Source of the DNA: a virus
Taxonomy: Duplodnaviria; Caudoviricetes
IMG/VR virus record: IMGVR_UViG_3300032265_000458
Coordinates: 1-53,867 of that record
Length of the DNA stretch: 53,867 nt
Reading direction: 5' to 3' (one strand)
Each line of letters opens with the position of its first letter. Position 1 is the first letter of the stretch. A program made the translations under genes and the position numbers. Positions 10,354-20,518 of this stretch are shown here, one piece after another. Under the pieces are notes generated by a model. That model was not told the origin of the DNA and made no database searches. It saw nothing but the letters and a program-made list of their open reading frames with translations.

Positions 10354-10947
10354 ATGGCAAATATTGCTGATTTTAAAGCCCAGATGATTGGTGGCGGTGC
10401 TCGCCCAAATCAATTCCGTGTTGAACTAACATTCCCATCATTCGTACCACTAGGTATCATTGCTGGTCAACGTGCTCAGTTCTTATGTAAGTCTGCTCAG
10501 TTACCTGCGTCCACTATTGAGAACATCGCTGTTCTTTTTAAAGGTCGTCCAGTAAACTTTGCAGGTGAACGTAATTTCGCACCTTGGACAGTTTCGATAT
10601 ATAATGATACGACTTTTAATATCCGTAATGCTTTTGAACAATGGCAAGCTGGTATTCAAAGTTACAGTACTACCGATGGAAGAACAAATCCACGTGACTA
10701 TCAAGTAGACTTACAAGTCCACCAATTAGATCGCAGTGGAGCTACTATTAAGTCTTACAAATTTGTTGACGCTTTCCCAACCAACATTGGTCCAATCGCT
10801 TTAGATTATGACCAACAAAATGCAATCGAACAGTTTGATATTGAATTTCAATACAACTTCTTTACTTCGAATGCAACTGAAGGTGGTGGCTTCAATCTTA
10901 ATGTTAGCGTTGATACTCCGATTGGTAGCTTCCCTCTACCAGTTTAA
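10354..10947 (+). CDS. gp19: Tail tube protein
   Basis: GGGARPNQFRV, FLCKSAQLP, FKGRPVNFAGER, FPTNIGPIAL. Confidence 0.95.
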   Translation: MANIADFKAQMIGGGARPNQFRVELTFPSFVPLGIIAGQRAQFLCKSAQLPASTIENIAVLFKGRPVNFAGERNFAPWTVSIYNDTTFNIRNAFEQWQAGIQSYSTTDGRTNPRDYQVDLQVHQLDRSGATIKSYKFVDAFPTNIGPIALDYDQQNAIEQFDIEFQYNFFTSNATEGGGFNLNVSVDTPIGSFPLPV

Positions 10948-10968
10948 TTTAAACTTGAAAACTTAATT

Positions 10969-12552
10969 ATGAATATTCTTGGATTTGAAATAAAAAGGAA
11001 AGATTCATCACCAGCTATAGCGTCTGTAACAAGTCCTATTACTGATGATGGATCTACAGTTGTATCTTCATCTGCGACCAGCTATTATGGCATGGTCATG
11101 GATATGGATGCGACTATTAAAAATGAAAACGAACTTATCCGTCGTTATCGTGAAACAGCAATGTATATGGATTGCGATTCAGCAATTGAAGACATTGTTA
11201 ATGAATCGATAATTGCAGAGTCTGATGATCAGTCAGTTAAAATTAACTTAGATAAAGTAAAATTATCTGAGCCAATTAAAAAGAAAATCATTACTGAGTT
11301 TGATGAGATTCTTCGCTTATTGGATTTTGAACGTAAAGGACATGATATCTTCCGTCAGTGGTATATTGATGGTAGAAATTATTATAATGTTCTTGTTGAT
11401 CCAAAACAACCTAAATTAGGTATTCAAGAATTACGTATTATTGATCCACGAAAAATTCGTAAGATCAAAGAAGTTGAAAAGAAACGCACCGAAAAAGGTG
11501 TAGACATTTCAATCGATAAAGCTGAGTATTATATTTACAACGACAAAGGTATTACTGAGTCTGCTGTAAATGGCATAAAGATGTCGCTAGATTCAGTCGT
11601 TTACACACCATCAGGTAGCGTAGACCAAGGTACTGGTATGATGATGTCTTATTTGCATAAAGCAATTAAGCCAACTAACCAGTTAAAGATGATTGAAGAT
11701 GCGGTAGTTATCTACCGTATTTCACGTGCTCCTGAGAGACGTGTGTTTTATGTTGACGTAGGTAACCTACCGAAACTAAAAGCTGAGCAGTATGTAAATG
11801 ATATCATGAACAAATTCCGTAACAAGATTGTTTATGATGCCACTACTGGAGAGACTCGTGATGATCGTCGTCACTTGTCAATGATGGAAGATTTCTGGAT
11901 GCCACGTCGTGAAGGTGGTAAAGGAACTGAAATTACAACTCTTCCAGGTGGACAAAATCTTGGAGATATTGCAGATATTCAATATTTCCAACGTAAGTTA
12001 TATCAAGCACTTAATGTGCCAATAAGTCGTTTAGAATCTTCTTCTGGATTTGCTCTAGGACGTAGTACTGAAATAAGTCGTGATGAAATTAAATTCATGA
12101 AGTTTATTTGGAGACTGCGTAAGAAGTTTTCTTCAATGTTCAGTGGTTGCTTAAAGGTTCAGTTAATTGCAAAGGGTATTCTTACCATTGAAGACTGGGA
12201 AGCAATTGAGCAAGCAGTTCAATATGACTTCCAGCAAGATAATCATTTCGCTGAGTTAAAAGATAATGAGTTGATAATTCAACGCATTACTGCATTACAA
12301 CAATTAGATCCATACATTGGACGTTATTATTCTTCTAAGTGGGTGCGTAAGAATGTGCTTATGCAAACTGATGAAGAGATTACAGAGATGGACAAAGAGA
12401 TGGTGTTGGACAAACAGAAAGCATTGGACGATGCTGCCCAACAGGGTACTATCGCTGGTGTTACTCAAGTTGCCCAGCAACAACATTTAATGGATAATGG
12501 TATGGGTGGGGATGAAGATTCACCAAACCCAGAACAAGGAGATAAGAAGTAA
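10969..12552 (+). CDS. gp20: Portal vertex protein
   Basis: YRISRAPERRVFYVDVGNLPK, MMEDFWMPRREGGKGTEITTLPGGQNLG. Confidence 0.98.
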   Translation: MNILGFEIKRKDSSPAIASVTSPITDDGSTVVSSSATSYYGMVMDMDATIKNENELIRRYRETAMYMDCDSAIEDIVNESIIAESDDQSVKINLDKVKLSEPIKKKIITEFDEILRLLDFERKGHDIFRQWYIDGRNYYNVLVDPKQPKLGIQELRIIDPRKIRKIKEVEKKRTEKGVDISIDKAEYYIYNDKGITESAVNGIKMSLDSVVYTPSGSVDQGTGMMMSYLHKAIKPTNQLKMIEDAVVIYRISRAPERRVFYVDVGNLPKLKAEQYVNDIMNKFRNKIVYDATTGETRDDRRHLSMMEDFWMPRREGGKGTEITTLPGGQNLGDIADIQYFQRKLYQALNVPISRLESSSGFALGRSTEISRDEIKFMKFIWRLRKKFSSMFSGCLKVQLIAKGILTIEDWEAIEQAVQYDFQQDNHFAELKDNELIIQRITALQQLDPYIGRYYSSKWVRKNVLMQTDEEITEMDKEMVLDKQKALDDAAQQGTIAGVTQVAQQQHLMDNGMGGDEDSPNPEQGDKK

Positions 12553-12764
12553 TGACTGATACTACTAGAGATTTAATTCAAGCTATCGCTGCTGGCGATG
12601 CTACAAATACACAGAATGCGTTTAACCTAGCTATGGCAGATAAAATTTCTGCGCAGTTAGAAACATTACGTGCTGATGTTGCAAAAAATATGTTTAATAC
12701 TCCTGAATCAGAACCAACTGAAACAGTAGAAGCAGAAGAAACAGTAGAAACAGAAGAAGAGTAA
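12552..12764 (+). CDS. Small acidic prohead core protein (gp67-like)
   Basis: Position after gp20; acidic C-terminal tail. Confidence 0.55.
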   Translation: MTDTTRDLIQAIAAGDATNTQNAFNLAMADKISAQLETLRADVAKNMFNTPESEPTETVEAEETVETEEE

Positions 12765-13309
12765 TGCATTACTATCAATTAAAATCTTTGTTGAAGAAAC
12801 CTAACGTCGTTGAAAGCGTTAGATCTTATCTACAGCTTATTGAAAAGACTACAGACAATAAAGTTTTAATTAATGGCATCGAAACAGAATTTGAAACTAT
12901 CGAAGAAGCAAGAAAATATATTAGAGACGATTATAATACACATCAACTGGCTGATAAAATAGCAAAAGATACTTATCAAGATATATCAGAAAATACAGTT
13001 GCCAGTATAATTAAAGAACATCATGATATTAAAGTTACAGATACGTTAATAGAATCATACATCGAACTTGCTTCTTCAAATATTTTTAGTGTTGACCCTG
13101 TTGTTCAGAAGATTCGCTCTCTGAATAAACTAGATGAAATGGTGGAAGGAAAAATCCATTATAAACTAGATGATTCATCTATAGTCGCAATAAACGAAGA
13201 TACTCAAGAACAACTAAATAGTATATTGGTAAATCAACCAGAAATAGTTGAACTCATGAGAGAGTCAAAAGATAACTTCTTTTATGTAGTTAACAAAATT
13301 AAGGAATAG
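12764..13309 (+). CDS. Hypothetical head-module protein (gp68 position)
   Basis: Synteny between portal and protease. Confidence 0.5.
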   Translation: MHYYQLKSLLKKPNVVESVRSYLQLIEKTTDNKVLINGIETEFETIEEARKYIRDDYNTHQLADKIAKDTYQDISENTVASIIKEHHDIKVTDTLIESYIELASSNIFSVDPVVQKIRSLNKLDEMVEGKIHYKLDDSSIVAINEDTQEQLNSILVNQPEIVELMRESKDNFFYVVNKIKE

Positions 13310-13311
13310 AA

Positions 13312-13770
13312 ATGGCTGTCACAAAGACCATCATTAAAAATACAAACCAAGAGACCATCGTTAAAGTTGGTGGTACTGCAGGATCTGCTACTATTAGTTT
13401 AGCAACTGATTGTTTAGCTGCTACTCAAGCATTGGATGGTGCTACTCAAACTGTTGATATTATCTCAGCGCAATTTGGTGGATTGTTATCTTCAGGAATT
13501 ACTATTGTTCGCAACGCAGTTCCTGTATTAGCCTTTGCTCCAGAAAATTCTGGAATCTTTGATTTTGAAGGTATGGGGCATAGAGATAATGTTCAGAATA
13601 CTAAAGATCTTGTTGTAACAGTATCAGGTGCTGAGGCTCATATCTATATAACTTTACGTAAAGTTGGTGGATACGCTTCTACAGTTGAAACTGCTGTATA
13701 CGGTCAATACGATGACAATACTCGAGTTGGTGCTTCTACCACTATGAGTGGTTCTCCAGATAAGGTATAA
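13312..13770 (+). CDS. Hypothetical virion structural protein
   Basis: Beta-rich 152-aa ORF upstream of gp21; late-promoter-like ACTAAATA at 13213-13220. Confidence 0.5.
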   Translation: MAVTKTIIKNTNQETIVKVGGTAGSATISLATDCLAATQALDGATQTVDIISAQFGGLLSSGITIVRNAVPVLAFAPENSGIFDFEGMGHRDNVQNTKDLVVTVSGAEAHIYITLRKVGGYASTVETAVYGQYDDNTRVGASTTMSGSPDKV

Positions 13771-13772
13771 AA

Positions 13773-14426
13773 ATGAAACTAATCAGAGAAGTCGTAGAAC
13801 ATACAAATTGTATCGTTGAAGAAAAGATCGGTAAAGGTAAGCAGTACTTTATCGAAGGTGTATTTCTTCAATCAGATATTACTAATCGTAACAAACGCAT
13901 GTATCCAGAACATATCATGGATAAAGAAGTCGGTCGTTACATGGAACAATGCGTACGCCAAAATCGTGCCTACGGTGAACTTGGTCATCCAGAAAACCCA
14001 TCTATTAACTTAGATCGTGTTTCACATATGATCGTTGATCTCCGTAAAGAAGGTACTAATTATATTGGTAAGGCTAAAATTCTTGATACTCCAATGGGAC
14101 AAATTGCACGTGGTCTTTTAGATGGTGGTGCAAATCTCGGTGTATCTAGTAGAGCACTTGGATCTCTCCAGATGAATAAAGAGGGTGTTCAAGTGGTACA
14201 GGATGATTTTATGCTGTCTACGGCAGCTGATATTGTCGCTGATCCATCCGCTCCAGATGCCTTTGTAAAAGGTATTATGGAAAGTCGTGAATGGGTATTT
14301 GTTAATGGAAAGTTTGTGGAGAAACATATTGATGAAGTTAAGTCTTTTATTAGAAAGACTTCATCTAGAAATCTAACCGAAGCGAAATTAATCGCTTTCC
14401 AAAATTTTCTGAGCAAAATCAGATAA
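13773..14426 (+). CDS. gp21: Prohead core protease
   Basis: GELGHPENPSINLDRVSH, GVSSRALGS, DIVADPSAPDAFV. Confidence 0.97.
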   Translation: MKLIREVVEHTNCIVEEKIGKGKQYFIEGVFLQSDITNRNKRMYPEHIMDKEVGRYMEQCVRQNRAYGELGHPENPSINLDRVSHMIVDLRKEGTNYIGKAKILDTPMGQIARGLLDGGANLGVSSRALGSLQMNKEGVQVVQDDFMLSTAADIVADPSAPDAFVKGIMESREWVFVNGKFVEKHIDEVKSFIRKTSSRNLTEAKLIAFQNFLSKIR

Positions 14427-14440
14427 ATAATAAATAAATA
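14422..14440 (+). promoter_or_regulatory. Overlapping late-promoter motifs (ATAAATA x3) for gp22-gp23
   Basis: GATAAATAATAAATAAATA upstream of the gp22 SD. Confidence 0.6.
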
Positions 14441-14467
14441 TAGAAACATCCTGTTAGGAGATTAAAG

Positions 14468-15478
14468 ATGTCATTAGAACAAAAAATTGCTGCCCTTCTC
14501 GCCGAGTCAAAAACTGCCCAGTTATCTGAGCAAGTTGCTGAAATCGAAGAGACAGAAGTATCCGAAGAAGTAGTAGCTGAAGAAGCTGCTAAGCCAACCA
14601 ATGCTCCAGCTAACCCTGACAACGCTAGAAATAACGTTGACAACGAAGATGAAGCTACTAAAGGCACTTCTAAAACCAAGAACGTAGTTAACAAAGATGA
14701 AGCTGCTGGCGAAACAAGCAATATCGCTTCTGTTGCTAAAGAGCCTAAATCTGCTACCAATGTTAAAGAAGATATCGATGCACTTATGAATGGTGAGGAT
14801 CTCTCAGAAGAGTTCCGTACTAAAGCTACAACCATTTATGAAGCTGCAGTTATGACTCGTGTTGCTGCTGAAGTATCACGAATCGAAGAAGAATTCGATG
14901 CGAAACTTGAAGAAGCTATCGCACAGAATCAAGAGGGACTTGTTGAAAAAGTTGATGGATATCTTAGCTACATAGCTGAGGAGTGGATTACACAGAATGA
15001 AATAGCCCTTGAGCACGGTATGAAGTCCGAAATCCTAGAAGGATTTGTTGCTGGACTAAAAGGTCTTTTTGAAGAACACTATATCGATATTCCTGAAGAG
15101 AAATTCGATGTTGTTGGTCAGATGGAAGAACAAGTTGCAGAACTTGAAGCAAAACTAAACGAACAGTTGGCTGCCAATGTAGAGTTGAATAAAACTCTTG
15201 CTGAAGCAAAGCGTTCTGAAATCGTTGCAACTGCATGTGAAGGTTTAACTGACACTCAAGTTGAAAAACTGCAAGGTCTAGCTGAAGAATTGTCTTATGA
15301 AGATGTTGAAACTTTCTCTAAGAAAGTAACTACTATTCGTGAGAACTACTTCACTACTAAAGCGCAAGCTGATGTTGAGTCCGTAGTAACAGATGCTCCA
15401 GTAGAAATTTTGACCGAGACAACTAAAAACGTTGATCCACAAATGGCCAAATATCTATCCGCATTAACTCGTAAATAA
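14468..15478 (+). CDS. gp22: Prohead core scaffold protein
   Basis: LSEEFRTKATTIYEAAV, GLKGLFEEHYIDIPEEK, IRENYF. Confidence 0.95.
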   Translation: MSLEQKIAALLAESKTAQLSEQVAEIEETEVSEEVVAEEAAKPTNAPANPDNARNNVDNEDEATKGTSKTKNVVNKDEAAGETSNIASVAKEPKSATNVKEDIDALMNGEDLSEEFRTKATTIYEAAVMTRVAAEVSRIEEEFDAKLEEAIAQNQEGLVEKVDGYLSYIAEEWITQNEIALEHGMKSEILEGFVAGLKGLFEEHYIDIPEEKFDVVGQMEEQVAELEAKLNEQLAANVELNKTLAEAKRSEIVATACEGLTDTQVEKLQGLAEELSYEDVETFSKKVTTIRENYFTTKAQADVESVVTDAPVEILTETTKNVDPQMAKYLSALTRK

Positions 15479-15502
15479 ATTTAAATTTCAAAGGAATCCC
15501 AA

Positions 15503-16765
15503 ATGTTGAATCGTCAAGATCTATTAAAAAAGTGGGCACCTGTACTAGACAGTACTGATGCTCCATCAATCAAAGAACAGTATCGTCGTGAAGTTACTGC
15601 TGTTCTATTAGAAAACCAAGAACGTGAAGGTGCTAAGTCTGCTGAAGCCCTTTTCGAAACTGCTCCAGCTAACGCTGGTGGTGCTGGTATCGCCTTAGGT
15701 GCTGCTGGTTCTAACGCAAGCATGGCTGGTTACGATCCTGTGCTTATCGCATTGGTACGTCGTGCAGCTCCACAACTTATCGCTTATGATATCGCTGGCG
15801 TTCAGCCAATGACTCAGCCAACTGGTTTGATCTTCGCAATGAAGAGCAAGTATACTAGCCAAGGTGGTACTGAAGCGTTGTTCAACGAAGCAAACACTGC
15901 ATTCTCTGGTGCAGCATCTCCTGCTCACGCTGGATCTAACCCAGAAACTGGTACTTATACTACTGGTACTGCAATGACTACAGCTACTGCTGAAGATTTG
16001 ACTTTTGCTCAGATGGCTTTCTCTATCGAGAAGACAACTGTAACTGCTCAGACTCGTGCTTTGAAAGCAGAATACACTGTTGAACTTGCACAAGACTTGA
16101 AAGCAGTTCATGGTCTTGACGCTGAAGCTGAATTAAGCAACATCCTTTCAACTGAAATCACTTCAGAAATCAATCGTGAAGTAGTTCGTACTGTTTACTC
16201 AGCAGCTAAAGCTGGTGCTGAAGTTGGTACTGCTACTCAAGGTACTTTTGACCTTGACGTTGATTCAAATGGTCGTTGGTCTGTTGAGAAGTTCAAAGGT
16301 CTATTGTTCCAAATCGAACGTGAAGCCAATGCGATTGCTCAGACTACTCGTCGTGGTCGTGGTAACTTCATCATCTGTTCTTCAGATGTTGCTTCTGCTC
16401 TAGCAATGGCTGGTGTTCTTGATTACGCTCCTGCGTTGTCTACTAGCTTGAATGTTGACGAAGCATCTACTACTTTTGCTGGTGTTCTAAACGGCAAGTA
16501 CAAAGTATATGTTGACCCATATTCAGCAAACCAATCTTCTACTCAGTTCTTCGTAACTGGTTACAAAGGTTCTTCAGCGTTTGATGCTGGCTTGTTCTAT
16601 TGCCCATACGTTCCATTGCAAATGGTTCGTGCAGTTGACCCATCCAACTTCCAACCTAAAATTGGTTTCAAGACTCGTTACGGCATGGTTGCAAACCCAT
16701 TCACTAGCTTGTCTTCTGGTACTAACATCTATTACCGTAAGGTTGCTGTTACTAACTTGATGTAA
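15503..16765 (+). CDS. gp23: Major capsid protein
   Basis: GVQPMTQPTGLIFAM, RALKAEYTVELAQDLKAVHGLDAEAEL, FQPKIGFKTRYG. Confidence 0.98.
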   Translation: MLNRQDLLKKWAPVLDSTDAPSIKEQYRREVTAVLLENQEREGAKSAEALFETAPANAGGAGIALGAAGSNASMAGYDPVLIALVRRAAPQLIAYDIAGVQPMTQPTGLIFAMKSKYTSQGGTEALFNEANTAFSGAASPAHAGSNPETGTYTTGTAMTTATAEDLTFAQMAFSIEKTTVTAQTRALKAEYTVELAQDLKAVHGLDAEAELSNILSTEITSEINREVVRTVYSAAKAGAEVGTATQGTFDLDVDSNGRWSVEKFKGLLFQIEREANAIAQTTRRGRGNFIICSSDVASALAMAGVLDYAPALSTSLNVDEASTTFAGVLNGKYKVYVDPYSANQSSTQFFVTGYKGSSAFDAGLFYCPYVPLQMVRAVDPSNFQPKIGFKTRYGMVANPFTSLSSGTNIYYRKVAVTNLM

Positions 16766-16805
16766 TTTGTTATTAAGTTAGAAACCTACGTAAGATAGGT
16801 ATTTG

Positions 16806-16835
16806 AAAGGGAGGTCTTCGGATCTCCCTTTTTTT
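16806..16835 (+). terminator. Rho-independent terminator after gp23
   Basis: AAAGGGAGGTC-TTCG-GATCTCCCTTT stem with UUCG loop, then T-run. Confidence 0.92.
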
Positions 16836-16838
16836 CTT

Positions 16839-16846
16839 TATAAATA
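16839..16846 (+). promoter_or_regulatory. Canonical T4 late promoter TATAAATA for gp3
   Basis: Exact consensus 5 nt before the ATG; no SD, so mRNA is probably near-leaderless. Confidence 0.85.
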
Positions 16847-16851
16847 CTATT

Positions 16852-17379
16852 ATGACTACAATCTCTCACGTTCCAACAGACATCTCTCCATTATCGCCTA
16901 ATGGATTCATGTTCAATATTCAGAAATTACCAAACGTAACTTTCTTTTGTCAACAAGTTAATCTACCAGGAATCACTTTGGGTACTCCTGAGTTCATTAA
17001 CCCATTTGGTACTGCTCCAATTCCAGGAGACAGTTTAACCTATGACACATTACAAGTTCAATTTTTGGTTGATGAAAAGATGGATAATTATCGTGCAATC
17101 TATAATTGGATTGTTGCTTTAGGTTTCCCTGAAACTTATGCACAGTATACAACTTTCTTATCTCAGGCTGACGCTTTAACTACTTCAGAACTTGCAAAGA
17201 ATTTCTCTGATGCAACATTATCCATTCTTGATGGATCTAACAACACTGTTGCAAACTTTTCATTTCATGATATGTTCCCAATGTCTATTGACTCTCTATC
17301 CTTTCAATCAACTAGCCAAGACGTGCAATATTTAATAGGTAACGCAACATTCCGTTACGCATACTACAAATTTGTTTGA
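16852..17379 (+). CDS. gp3: Tail completion / tube terminator gp3
   Basis: LSPNGFMF, FFCQQVNLPGI, FLVDEKMDNY, SDATLSIL. Confidence 0.92.
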   Translation: MTTISHVPTDISPLSPNGFMFNIQKLPNVTFFCQQVNLPGITLGTPEFINPFGTAPIPGDSLTYDTLQVQFLVDEKMDNYRAIYNWIVALGFPETYAQYTTFLSQADALTTSELAKNFSDATLSILDGSNNTVANFSFHDMFPMSIDSLSFQSTSQDVQYLIGNATFRYAYYKFV

Positions 17380-17404
17380 CAATAATATGAGTTTGTAGTA
17401 TAAT
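17376..17404 (+). promoter_or_regulatory. Sigma70-type early promoter for uvsY-uvsW
   Basis: TTGACA-N17-TATAAT exact. Confidence 0.85.
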
Positions 17405-17424
17405 GTTTACATTATGGAGGTATT

Positions 17425-17862
17425 ATGACTTTAGAAGAATTGCAAAACTCGTGGGACATTGATTGTCAAATAGATGATAACTATCTTGGCGAAACTGCCA
17501 CTGCCACACCAAAATTACACGCTAAGTATCTAAGGGTACTTGTCAATATCAAACTCAAACATACTAAGTTTGGTTCTGATTACAACATCCTACGCAAAAA
17601 TAAATTCCGTCACTATCGTGGAGAACTTTCACGTGATGAATTAGTAGCACTTGGTTGGGAACAATGGCAAGGTGTTAAACCTTTGAAGAATGAGATGGAT
17701 GAATTTCTTCAAGGAGATAGCGACCTAAATACCATGAGAGTTAAATTAGATTATCTTGAAACGATGATATATTTTCTCGAGTCGGTTCTTGGTCAAATCA
17801 AAGCACGTGATTGGCAACTCAAGACTCATGTTGAATGGAAGAAGTTTCTAGCAGGGATGTAA
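17425..17862 (+). CDS. uvsY: Recombination mediator UvsY
   Basis: PKLHAKYL, C-terminal IKARDWQLKTHVEWKKFLAG; synteny with uvsW. Confidence 0.9.
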   Translation: MTLEELQNSWDIDCQIDDNYLGETATATPKLHAKYLRVLVNIKLKHTKFGSDYNILRKNKFRHYRGELSRDELVALGWEQWQGVKPLKNEMDEFLQGDSDLNTMRVKLDYLETMIYFLESVLGQIKARDWQLKTHVEWKKFLAGM

Positions 17863-19343
17863 TGATTATTAAAATTGAAAAACTTGATGAGGTATTTGTA
17901 CGTGTGTTTTCTGATGGAAGTGTTGAGCAAGAGATATCAGACTTCTTTACGTATGAATATCCAGGTGCTAGATTCACTCCACAATTTAGAGCAAGACTCT
18001 GGGATGGAAAAGTTCGTCTATATGATCAAGTAAGAAAAACTCTTTATGTTGGTCTTGTTAAATACGTTGAAGATTTTGCAGCGAACAATGGTTATCAAGT
18101 TGAGTATCTTAATCAAGTTCTGCATACAAATAATATTACCAGCGAATCAGTTCAGTTATTTGCAAAAGCACTTGACCCACATGGTCGTGGTAAACCGATT
18201 GAAATTCGTGACTATCAAATAGAAGCAGTAACAACTGCTCTCGCCAAAGAAAGAACTTTGCTTCTTTCACCTACCGCATCTGGTAAATCATTTATCATCT
18301 ATACAATTATGCGTTGGCACTTGCTTGCTAAACGTAAGTGTATTATTATTGTACCAACTACTTCTTTAGTTGAACAACTCTATACTGACTTTGAAGATTA
18401 TTCATCTGCCAATAGATGGAGTGTAGATAATCATGTGCAGAAACTTTATAGTGGGTTCACTAAAGATATTACCAAAGATGTTTTAATCACTACTTGGCAA
18501 TCAGTATACCTACAACCTAAAGCGTGGTTCAAACAATTCAATGTAATCTTTGGTGATGAAGCCCATCAGTTTAAAGCCAAGTCGCTTTCTACAGTTATGG
18601 AAAAATTGGTTGATGTGCGTTATAGAATTGGAACAACTGGAACTTTAGATAACAAAAAGATCCATAAGTTAGTTCTTGAGGGTATGTTCGGTCCAGTGCA
18701 TAGAGTTACTACCACTAAAGCATTGATGGATTCCGAAAGACTTGCTCAACTAAATATTACATGTATTGTTTTGAAATATAATGAAGAGATTCGTAAAGGA
18801 CGAAAAAACAACACTTACCAAGAAGAAATGGATTGGCTTGTATCTTGTGAACCAAGAAATAAGTTTATTCGAAACTTGGCGACTAATTCATCTGGTAATA
18901 CGCTGGTACTATTTCAATACGTTGAAAAACACGGCAAAGTCCTGTACGAACTTATTAAGGATAAAGTCCATGAAGACCGAAAAGTATTTTTTGTCTACGG
19001 AGGAACTGAGACCATTGATCGTGAATCAATTAGACATATCACTGAGGGAGAATCAGATGCTATCATTGTTGCATCTTTTGGCACATTCTCAACTGGCATT
19101 AATATACCTTCGCTTGAGAACATTGTTTTTGCATCACCGTCTAAGAGTAAGATAAGAAACTTACAATCAATCGGTCGTGGGTTACGTTTAAAAGATGGCA
19201 AAACTGAATGTAAGTTGTTTGATATATCTGATGATTTGCATTGGAAGTCTTGGAAGAACCACACGTTGAATCATGCAGCAGAGCGTTATAAAACTTACGC
19301 TGAAGAACAATTCGAAATTAAACTTGTAGAGGTAAACCTTTGA
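17862..19343 (+). CDS. uvsW: SF2 helicase UvsW
   Basis: WDGKVRL, SPTASGKS, DEAH, QSIGRGLR; start reassigned to the ATG overlapping the uvsY stop. Confidence 0.96.
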   Translation: MIIKIEKLDEVFVRVFSDGSVEQEISDFFTYEYPGARFTPQFRARLWDGKVRLYDQVRKTLYVGLVKYVEDFAANNGYQVEYLNQVLHTNNITSESVQLFAKALDPHGRGKPIEIRDYQIEAVTTALAKERTLLLSPTASGKSFIIYTIMRWHLLAKRKCIIIVPTTSLVEQLYTDFEDYSSANRWSVDNHVQKLYSGFTKDITKDVLITTWQSVYLQPKAWFKQFNVIFGDEAHQFKAKSLSTVMEKLVDVRYRIGTTGTLDNKKIHKLVLEGMFGPVHRVTTTKALMDSERLAQLNITCIVLKYNEEIRKGRKNNTYQEEMDWLVSCEPRNKFIRNLATNSSGNTLVLFQYVEKHGKVLYELIKDKVHEDRKVFFVYGGTETIDRESIRHITEGESDAIIVASFGTFSTGINIPSLENIVFASPSKSKIRNLQSIGRGLRLKDGKTECKLFDISDDLHWKSWKNHTLNHAAERYKTYAEEQFEIKLVEVNL

Positions 19344-19801
19344 ACGAAGAACACTTTATACTTGTTAAACTAATATCTGGTGAACAAGTAATGGCTATTC
19401 TCGAGCAAGAGACAGGGACAGACATTGATATTGTTTTTCCAATGCTAATTAGACTCTTCCCACAATTCGATAGTAATGGTTCAAGAGAACATGTTACTGC
19501 AACGCCATTCTCACATTTCGCTGACGATGCGCATCTAACTATTAACAAGAATAGTATTATCTTTGTTAAAAATCTAAACCCTGCAATGGTTCCACATTAT
19601 CTACGTTTAGTAGCACAGGAAAATGATAGGGTGTTTTTGAATCAAGATAAGCAAGAAAAGACCAAGCTAACTTGGGGTGATACTGCTGCAGGGAACAAAC
19701 AGATAAATGATAAATTAAAGAAGTTAGCTGAAGCCATCGCTGGCGATTCTACTGAGGAAGAAATCAAAGTTCTTATCGAAGGAAACGATACAGTACATTA
19801 A
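19340..19801 (+). CDS. Conserved hypothetical protein (Sm-like, uvsW-gp55 interval)
   Basis: LVKLISGEQVMA N-terminus; position typical of aquatic T4-like phages. Confidence 0.6.
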   Translation: MNEEHFILVKLISGEQVMAILEQETGTDIDIVFPMLIRLFPQFDSNGSREHVTATPFSHFADDAHLTINKNSIIFVKNLNPAMVPHYLRLVAQENDRVFLNQDKQEKTKLTWGDTAAGNKQINDKLKKLAEAIAGDSTEEEIKVLIEGNDTVH

Positions 19802-19828
19802 ACTCATTTCATCAAACCCAACACTGTT

Positions 19829-19857
19829 ATTTTACATGTGTGTCAAATTTATGTCAA
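19829..19857 (-). promoter_or_regulatory. Antisense sigma70-type promoter
   Basis: Minus strand reads TTGACA (19857-19852)-N17-TAAAAT (19834-19829). Confidence 0.55.
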
Positions 19858-19902
19858 GTATAATTACGCTTGCAAAAATGCAAAGAAGTTTATGAAATTT
19901 AT

Positions 19903-19931
19903 TTGACATTATTGCTCGTTTGTAGTATACT
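19903..19931 (+). promoter_or_regulatory. Sigma70-type promoter for gp55
   Basis: TTGACA-N17-TATACT. Confidence 0.8.
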
Positions 19932-19960
19932 TATTGAATCGAGTGTGAAAAGGAAACGTA

Positions 19961-20518
19961 GTGGCAAATTACATCAACAACGCTGAATTCTTAGCAGCTA
20001 TCAAAGAATACAAATTAAAAATAAAAGAAGCTGAGGAAGCAGGGTTTCCCAAACCACAGATTCCAAATTACTTGGGTGAGTGCATCTTAAAAATTGCAAA
20101 TCACCTTTCATATAAACCCAACTTTATTAATTATAGTTACAAGGATGATATGATCCTCGATGGTATCGAGAACTGTATCAATTACTTTGACAACTTTGAT
20201 CCCGATAAAAGTAGCAACCCATTCGCTTACTTCACTCAAATTATTTACTATGCATTCTTGCGAAGAATCTCCAAAGAAAAGAAACACTCGTATATTAAAA
20301 ACAAACTAATTCAAGATATGCATTTTGATTCGTTTGATATACAAGAGCATGATGAAGACGGACAGTATCACAATGCTTACATAGATTTTATGCAACAGAA
20401 TAGTACATTCGATGATTCCTTTATTGCTAAAAAGAAATTAAAAGTTAAAAAGAAAAAATCTAATTTGGATGATTTTATTGAAAGTGATGATGTCGAACCC
20501 CCTTCAAGACTTTATTAA
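19961..20518 (+). CDS. gp55: Late-transcription sigma factor
   Basis: YINNAEFL, HLSYKPNFINY, DGIENC, NPFAYFTQIIYYAFLRRI. Confidence 0.96.
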   Translation: MANYINNAEFLAAIKEYKLKIKEAEEAGFPKPQIPNYLGECILKIANHLSYKPNFINYSYKDDMILDGIENCINYFDNFDPDKSSNPFAYFTQIIYYAFLRRISKEKKHSYIKNKLIQDMHFDSFDIQEHDEDGQYHNAYIDFMQQNSTFDDSFIAKKKLKVKKKKSNLDDFIESDDVEPPSRLY

